From sequence record SRR2962707_4378: a DNA stretch of 64,000 bases. The stretch is one strand, 5' to 3'. Position numbers and translations under genes: made by a program. Of the stretch, positions 59,892-64,000 are shown in pieces (within the stretch, counting starts at the first letter, position 1; the number at the start of each line of letters is the position of its first letter). The notes beneath the pieces are model-generated. The model saw nothing but the letters and a program-made list of their open reading frames with translations. It was not told the origin of the DNA and did not search any database.

Positions 59892-60980
59892 GTGCTGACT
59901 CTGGACGAACAAACTGCGCAACGAATTGTCGACCGCACAATGCAAGCGATTGGTTGGTCCGTCAACGTGATGACGCCGGACGGTATTATTATCGCGTCCG
60001 GCGAGCCTCGCCGGGTCGGTGATCACCATGAAGCTGCGAAGCTTGTCGCCAGCAGTGGGCATCCACTGATCATTGATGACTCTCGCTCCGGCGCGTACTC
60101 GGGAACCCGTCCGGGTGTAAATCTGCCCGTCACCGTTGGCGGGGAGATGGCGGCTGTTGTTGGTATATCCGGTGCGCCTGAAGAGGTCTCCCAGTACGCG
60201 GATCTGGTTCGTATTACCGCTGAGCTAATGCTCGAGCAGGCGGCATTGCTGGAAGCAGGGCAGCATCGACGCCGACAGATTGAAGACGTGCTGCTGGCGG
60301 CGTGTGAAGGCAAAACCGTGCCGGAAATCTGGTTCGAGCAGTTGGGTATTGAAGCTGATTGTCCGAGGATAGGGCTGATACTCGAAGCAACAACCCAGGT
60401 TGCGGTGGAGCAGGTGCTTGTGCCGTTGGCACCCTATCTCGAGCAGCATCATCGAGCAGCGCTTACCGTTCGCCTGTCGCCAAGGCAGCTCCTGATTTTC
60501 GCGGAAACCGGGCCAGGCCAGTCTGAGTTCAAAAACCTGCTGGCAACCTTGGCTGCCCGTGGCAAAGACGACGTCATTCTTGCGACAGGAAAATCATTCA
60601 CCAGGAACTTCGTAGCCGGTTATCAGTCCGCTACCGCGACGCTGGAAGTGGGGCGCAGGAGAAAACCGGGAGCGAGCATTCTCCGCTATGAAGAGCTTCG
60701 AATCCCGGCGCTCTGGCAGAGTCTTGCGCCACACTGGCAGCAAGCTGAACTGCAGGCGCTGATTGAACCCCTTGTTGAGCATCGGCAGGGAGAACTCTAT
60801 CTCAAGACGCTGTCACGCTACATTGACTGTGACGGCGAAATAAAGCGGTGTGCTGATCAGCTAAACATCCACCCCAATACGGTGCGTTATCGACTGCAGA
60901 AAATCGAAGCGCTCACCAGGCTGTCTCCGTTTGTGCTCCGGGATTTGCTGGTGCTCCAGTTCGCCCTGGAAACACGTTAG
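59892..60980 (+). CDS. cdaR: CdaR sugar-diacid utilisation regulator
   Basis: AQ.IV.RTM, NVM...G.IIASG...R.G..H.AA, GVNLP, IHPNT.RYRL. Confidence 0.9.
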   Translation: MLTLDEQTAQRIVDRTMQAIGWSVNVMTPDGIIIASGEPRRVGDHHEAAKLVASSGHPLIIDDSRSGAYSGTRPGVNLPVTVGGEMAAVVGISGAPEEVSQYADLVRITAELMLEQAALLEAGQHRRRQIEDVLLAACEGKTVPEIWFEQLGIEADCPRIGLILEATTQVAVEQVLVPLAPYLEQHHRAALTVRLSPRQLLIFAETGPGQSEFKNLLATLAARGKDDVILATGKSFTRNFVAGYQSATATLEVGRRRKPGASILRYEELRIPALWQSLAPHWQQAELQALIEPLVEHRQGELYLKTLSRYIDCDGEIKRCADQLNIHPNTVRYRLQKIEALTRLSPFVLRDLLVLQFALETR

Positions 60981-60982
60981 AA

Positions 60983-61004
60983 AAATTGTTCAAGTCCACA
61001 ATTT
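60983..61004. promoter_or_regulatory. Candidate CdaR binding palindrome
   Basis: AAATTGT-N8-ACAATTT upstream of the permease. Confidence 0.55.
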
Positions 61005-61129
61005 AATGTACTAAATTAGCAAAAAAATTGTTCTCTTCGCTAACGACCAGGGTGCTGTCAACTTTTAAACTAGCTGCCGAGGAATGCCGTCCCCTACGCA
61101 TAGAAAACAATACTGAACGGAGAGTATGA

Positions 61130-62473
61130 ATGCATCTGGTCCTGATTCTGCTGGTATTGATCGTTTTTATCGTATTTGCCACCAGCAAGCTCAAGCTGAA
61201 CCCCTTCATTACCCTGTTACTGGCCTCTTTCCTGGCCGCATTTGCTTTTGGCCTGCCAATCGACACCATCGAGAGTACCATCAGGTCGGGTTTCGGCGGC
61301 ATTCTGGGATACATCGGTTTGGTGATCGTTTTAGGCACCATCATCGGTGTCATACTTGAGCGCACCGGTGCAGCCATTGTCATGGCGGAGAGTATCGTCA
61401 AACTGCTGGGCCAGCGTTTCCCGACGCTGACGATGTCGCTGGTTGGCTTTATCGTGTCCATCCCGGTGTTTTGCGACTCGGGTTTCGTGATCCTGAACAG
61501 CCTTAAACGATCCATGGCGAGGAAGCTCAGTGTGTCACCGGTAGCCATGACGGTGGCCCTTTCCACAGGGCTGTTTGCAACCCACACTCTGGTTCCACCC
61601 ACGCCAGGCCCCATCGCGGCAGCCGGCAATCTGGGGCTGGAAGACAACCTGGGGCTGGTTATTGCCGTTGGCTTTGTGTTTGCTTTGATTGCCGCGCTGG
61701 CAGGCCTGTTCTGGGCGAGCAGGAGCCGGAATCTGGGCAGCACAGAGCTTGAGCTGGCAGAAGAGGCGTTTGAGGAGGCCAGAGAGCACTATGGTGAGCT
61801 GCCGACTCCCTGGGCTGCATTTGCACCGATCTTTGTCCCGATACTATTGATTTGTATGGGGTCGGTTGCGAGCTATCCGACGGCTCCGCTCGGAGAGGGA
61901 GCTCTGTACGAGACGCTGAATTTCCTTGGTAAGCCTCTGAACGCATTGATGATTGGCCTTGGCTTCGCTTTGATGCTTATTCAGGGCAAGCAAAAGCTGG
62001 ATGAATTCGCCCGTCATACGCAAAAGGGCCTGGAGGTATCTGCACCCATTATCCTGATCACCGGTGCGGGCGGGGCCTTTGGCAGTGTGTTGGCTGAAAC
62101 GGCATTGGGGGATTATCTTGGAGATACGCTCTCGACACTTGGGTTGGGTGTCATCATGCCGTTCCTCGTTGCCGCCGCGCTGAAATCCGCGCAGGGCTCT
62201 TCAACCGTTGCGCTGGTCACTACGTCGGCGCTTGTGGCGCCCCTGATGACGCAACTGGGGCTGGACTCGGAATTCGGTCGCGTGTTGACGGTGATGGCCA
62301 TCGGTGCTGGCGCCATGACGGTTTCCCACGCCAACGACAGTTATTTCTGGGTGGTTTCCCAGTTCAGCAAGATGGATGTGGCTACGGCCTATAAGTCCCA
62401 TACCACGGCAACACTGATTATGGGGCTGGTCACGATTTCAATGGTTTGGCTGACCTCACTGGTAGCACTGTAA
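61130..62473 (+). CDS. GntP family permease (probable glycerate transporter)
   Basis: IPVFCDSGF, PPTPGP, AQGSSTVA, SHANDSYFWVV. Confidence 0.92.
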   Translation: MHLVLILLVLIVFIVFATSKLKLNPFITLLLASFLAAFAFGLPIDTIESTIRSGFGGILGYIGLVIVLGTIIGVILERTGAAIVMAESIVKLLGQRFPTLTMSLVGFIVSIPVFCDSGFVILNSLKRSMARKLSVSPVAMTVALSTGLFATHTLVPPTPGPIAAAGNLGLEDNLGLVIAVGFVFALIAALAGLFWASRSRNLGSTELELAEEAFEEAREHYGELPTPWAAFAPIFVPILLICMGSVASYPTAPLGEGALYETLNFLGKPLNALMIGLGFALMLIQGKQKLDEFARHTQKGLEVSAPIILITGAGGAFGSVLAETALGDYLGDTLSTLGLGVIMPFLVAAALKSAQGSSTVALVTTSALVAPLMTQLGLDSEFGRVLTVMAIGAGAMTVSHANDSYFWVVSQFSKMDVATAYKSHTTATLIMGLVTISMVWLTSLVAL

Positions 62474-62474
62474 T

Positions 62475-63611
62475 ATGCGGATCCTCATCGCGCCCGACTC
62501 ATTCAAGGAGTGTCTGCCTGCCAAGGAGGTGGCGGCTGCGATTGCGCGCGGTTGGAGTCGGGGGGCGCCGACGGATGAGGTGGTGCAGGTTCCGCTCGCC
62601 GATGGCGGCGAGGGAACCACGGTGGCCCTGGTAGAGTCGCAAAACGGGACGCTGCATTGTGCTGACGTAACGGGGCCGCTGGGTGATCCAGTAACGGCGC
62701 AATATGGTCTGGTCGCCGACGGCCGCACTGCTATTGTTGAAGTGGCTGAGGGCAGTGGGTTGCACCATGTGCCTGCCGGCCGAAGGGATGCCATGAAGGC
62801 AACCAGCCGGGGGACGGGAGAGCTCATCAAGGCCGCCATGAAGCATAGACCGGATACCCTGGTGATGTGTCTGGGCGGCAGCGCAACAACCGATGGTGGT
62901 GCTGGTATTCTTCAGGCCCTTGGCGCCCGGTTGTTGGACTCCGGCGGTCAGGAAATTCCGGCAGGTGGCGCCGGCCTGGCTTTGTTGTCGAGTCTCGACG
63001 TGTCCCCCGCCGTTAAAGCACTGGAGAACACTCGCCTGGTTGTCGCCTGTGATGTCAGCAACCCGCTGAACGGCGCCGATGGCGCCGCAGCCGTGTTTGG
63101 CCCCCAGAAAGGGGCCACTCCTGCACAGGTGGCCGAACTGGACCGTAACCTGAGCCGGTTTGCGGACATTGCGGACAAATCCGGGTACGACATACGTTCG
63201 TTTCCGGGCAGCGGTGCCGCAGGCGGAATTGGAGGAATGGTTGCGGGTATTCTGGGGGCCAGCCTGAAGTCTGGAATCGAGCTGGTGATGGAGACCATGG
63301 GGCTTGAGACACAGATGCGTTCGGCGGATCTTGTAATCACGGCGGAAGGGGCGATTGATGGCCAGAGTGCGGCAGGGAAGACACCAGCAGGTGTATCAGC
63401 TTTGGCCCGAAAGCACGGCGTGCCGGTTCTTGGCCTGGGTGGAAAAGTGGGCAGTGACTTGACGGCCCTTCATGACCTGGGATTGGCGGCAGCGTTCTCT
63501 ATTGTGCCAGAACCGATGACGCTTGATGAGGCTATGCGGGATGGACAGAAAAACCTGGAACAATGTGCAGAACAGCTAGCCCGGCTGATTCATGCCATTC
63601 GTGGGCAATGA
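62475..63611 (+). CDS. glxK: Glycerate kinase (GlxK/GarK family)
   Basis: APDSFKE, PLADGGEGT, GGSATTDGG, FGPQKGA, GAAGG, GKTP. Confidence 0.93.
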   Translation: MRILIAPDSFKECLPAKEVAAAIARGWSRGAPTDEVVQVPLADGGEGTTVALVESQNGTLHCADVTGPLGDPVTAQYGLVADGRTAIVEVAEGSGLHHVPAGRRDAMKATSRGTGELIKAAMKHRPDTLVMCLGGSATTDGGAGILQALGARLLDSGGQEIPAGGAGLALLSSLDVSPAVKALENTRLVVACDVSNPLNGADGAAAVFGPQKGATPAQVAELDRNLSRFADIADKSGYDIRSFPGSGAAGGIGGMVAGILGASLKSGIELVMETMGLETQMRSADLVITAEGAIDGQSAAGKTPAGVSALARKHGVPVLGLGGKVGSDLTALHDLGLAAAFSIVPEPMTLDEAMRDGQKNLEQCAEQLARLIHAIRGQ

Positions 63612-63625
63612 CGCCCGGGCCACAG

Positions 63626-63652
63626 AAAAGGGCCACTCCTGAAAGTGGCCCT
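63626..63652 (-). terminator. Rho-independent terminator between convergent genes
   Basis: AGGGCCACT-N6-AGTGGCCCT with an A-run on the + side. Confidence 0.7.
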
Positions 63653-63683
63653 CATCGTTAAGTGGATAATGTAACGAGAAGCG

Positions 63684-64000
63684 TTACTTGATCCACTTGT
63701 CACCCCAATGGGTAATGTCGCGTTGCGGCTCTGCCTGCAGTGCGCGAGCACCGGCCGCAGGTTCCGCTTCTTCCGCTGCGGCGATTTCCTCGTCAATCAC
63801 TCGCGTTGAGAGTGACAGCCAACTGGTCACGAAGGCGGCAGCATCGCCGTTGATCTCAAGAGCGAGCTCGTCGACGTTGGTGATGTCGTCACAGGCTGAG
63901 TGATAACAGGGGTCGAAAGCAACGCCAGCCTCGCCACCGAACTTGGCCGCCTGCTCTTCGGTTTTCAGCACTTCCGCACCGGTAAACAGCCCGCCAAACG
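63684..64000 (-). CDS. C-terminus of an M28 family aminopeptidase (runs off the window)
   Basis: GGLFTGAE..KT.EQA..FGG.AG.AFDPCYH..CD. Confidence 0.82.
   Translation of the reverse strand, partial: FGGLFTGAEVLKTEEQAAKFGGEAGVAFDPCYHSACDDITNVDELALEINGDAAAFVTSWLSLSTRVIDEEIAAAEEAEPAAGARALQAEPQRDITHWGDKWIK

Overview
A gene-dense, GC-rich 64 kb window of a marine gammaproteobacterial chromosome. Gene content suggests a Marinobacter-like organism (inference). It starts at a probable contig end (poly-C run). No rRNA, tRNA, CRISPR array, transposase, integrase or phage gene was recognised. Main blocks, in order: (1) two tandem bufferin-type RiPP operons (Cys-rich precursor + DUF692/MNIO + DUF2063 twice, then DoxX); (2) a PhnCDE-like ABC importer with a HAD phosphatase, a DeoR/GlpR repressor and a divergent Fe-ADH, with palindromic operators but no C-P lyase; (3) a membrane AraC, a beta-helix lipoprotein and a diheme cytochrome; (4) assorted housekeeping and accessory genes; (5) an operon with a gamma-glutamylcyclotransferase fused to a MAPR/cytochrome-b5-like domain, an MBL-fold protein and a giant pseudokinase-STAND-GAF-GGDEF protein; (6) a sigma54/AcoR-type activator with a type II FMO; (7) an ECF41/CMD pair; (8) a three-gene operon (BesD/ArpA-like 2OG-Fe(II) dioxygenase, SAM methyltransferase-like protein, choline/carnitine O-acyltransferase) behind a multi-stem leader; (9) a spondin remnant, cdaR-gntP-glycerate kinase and a partial M28 aminopeptidase. 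Blocks 8 and 5 are the best candidates for undescribed systems. All family assignments come from motif recognition by eye; no database search was run.
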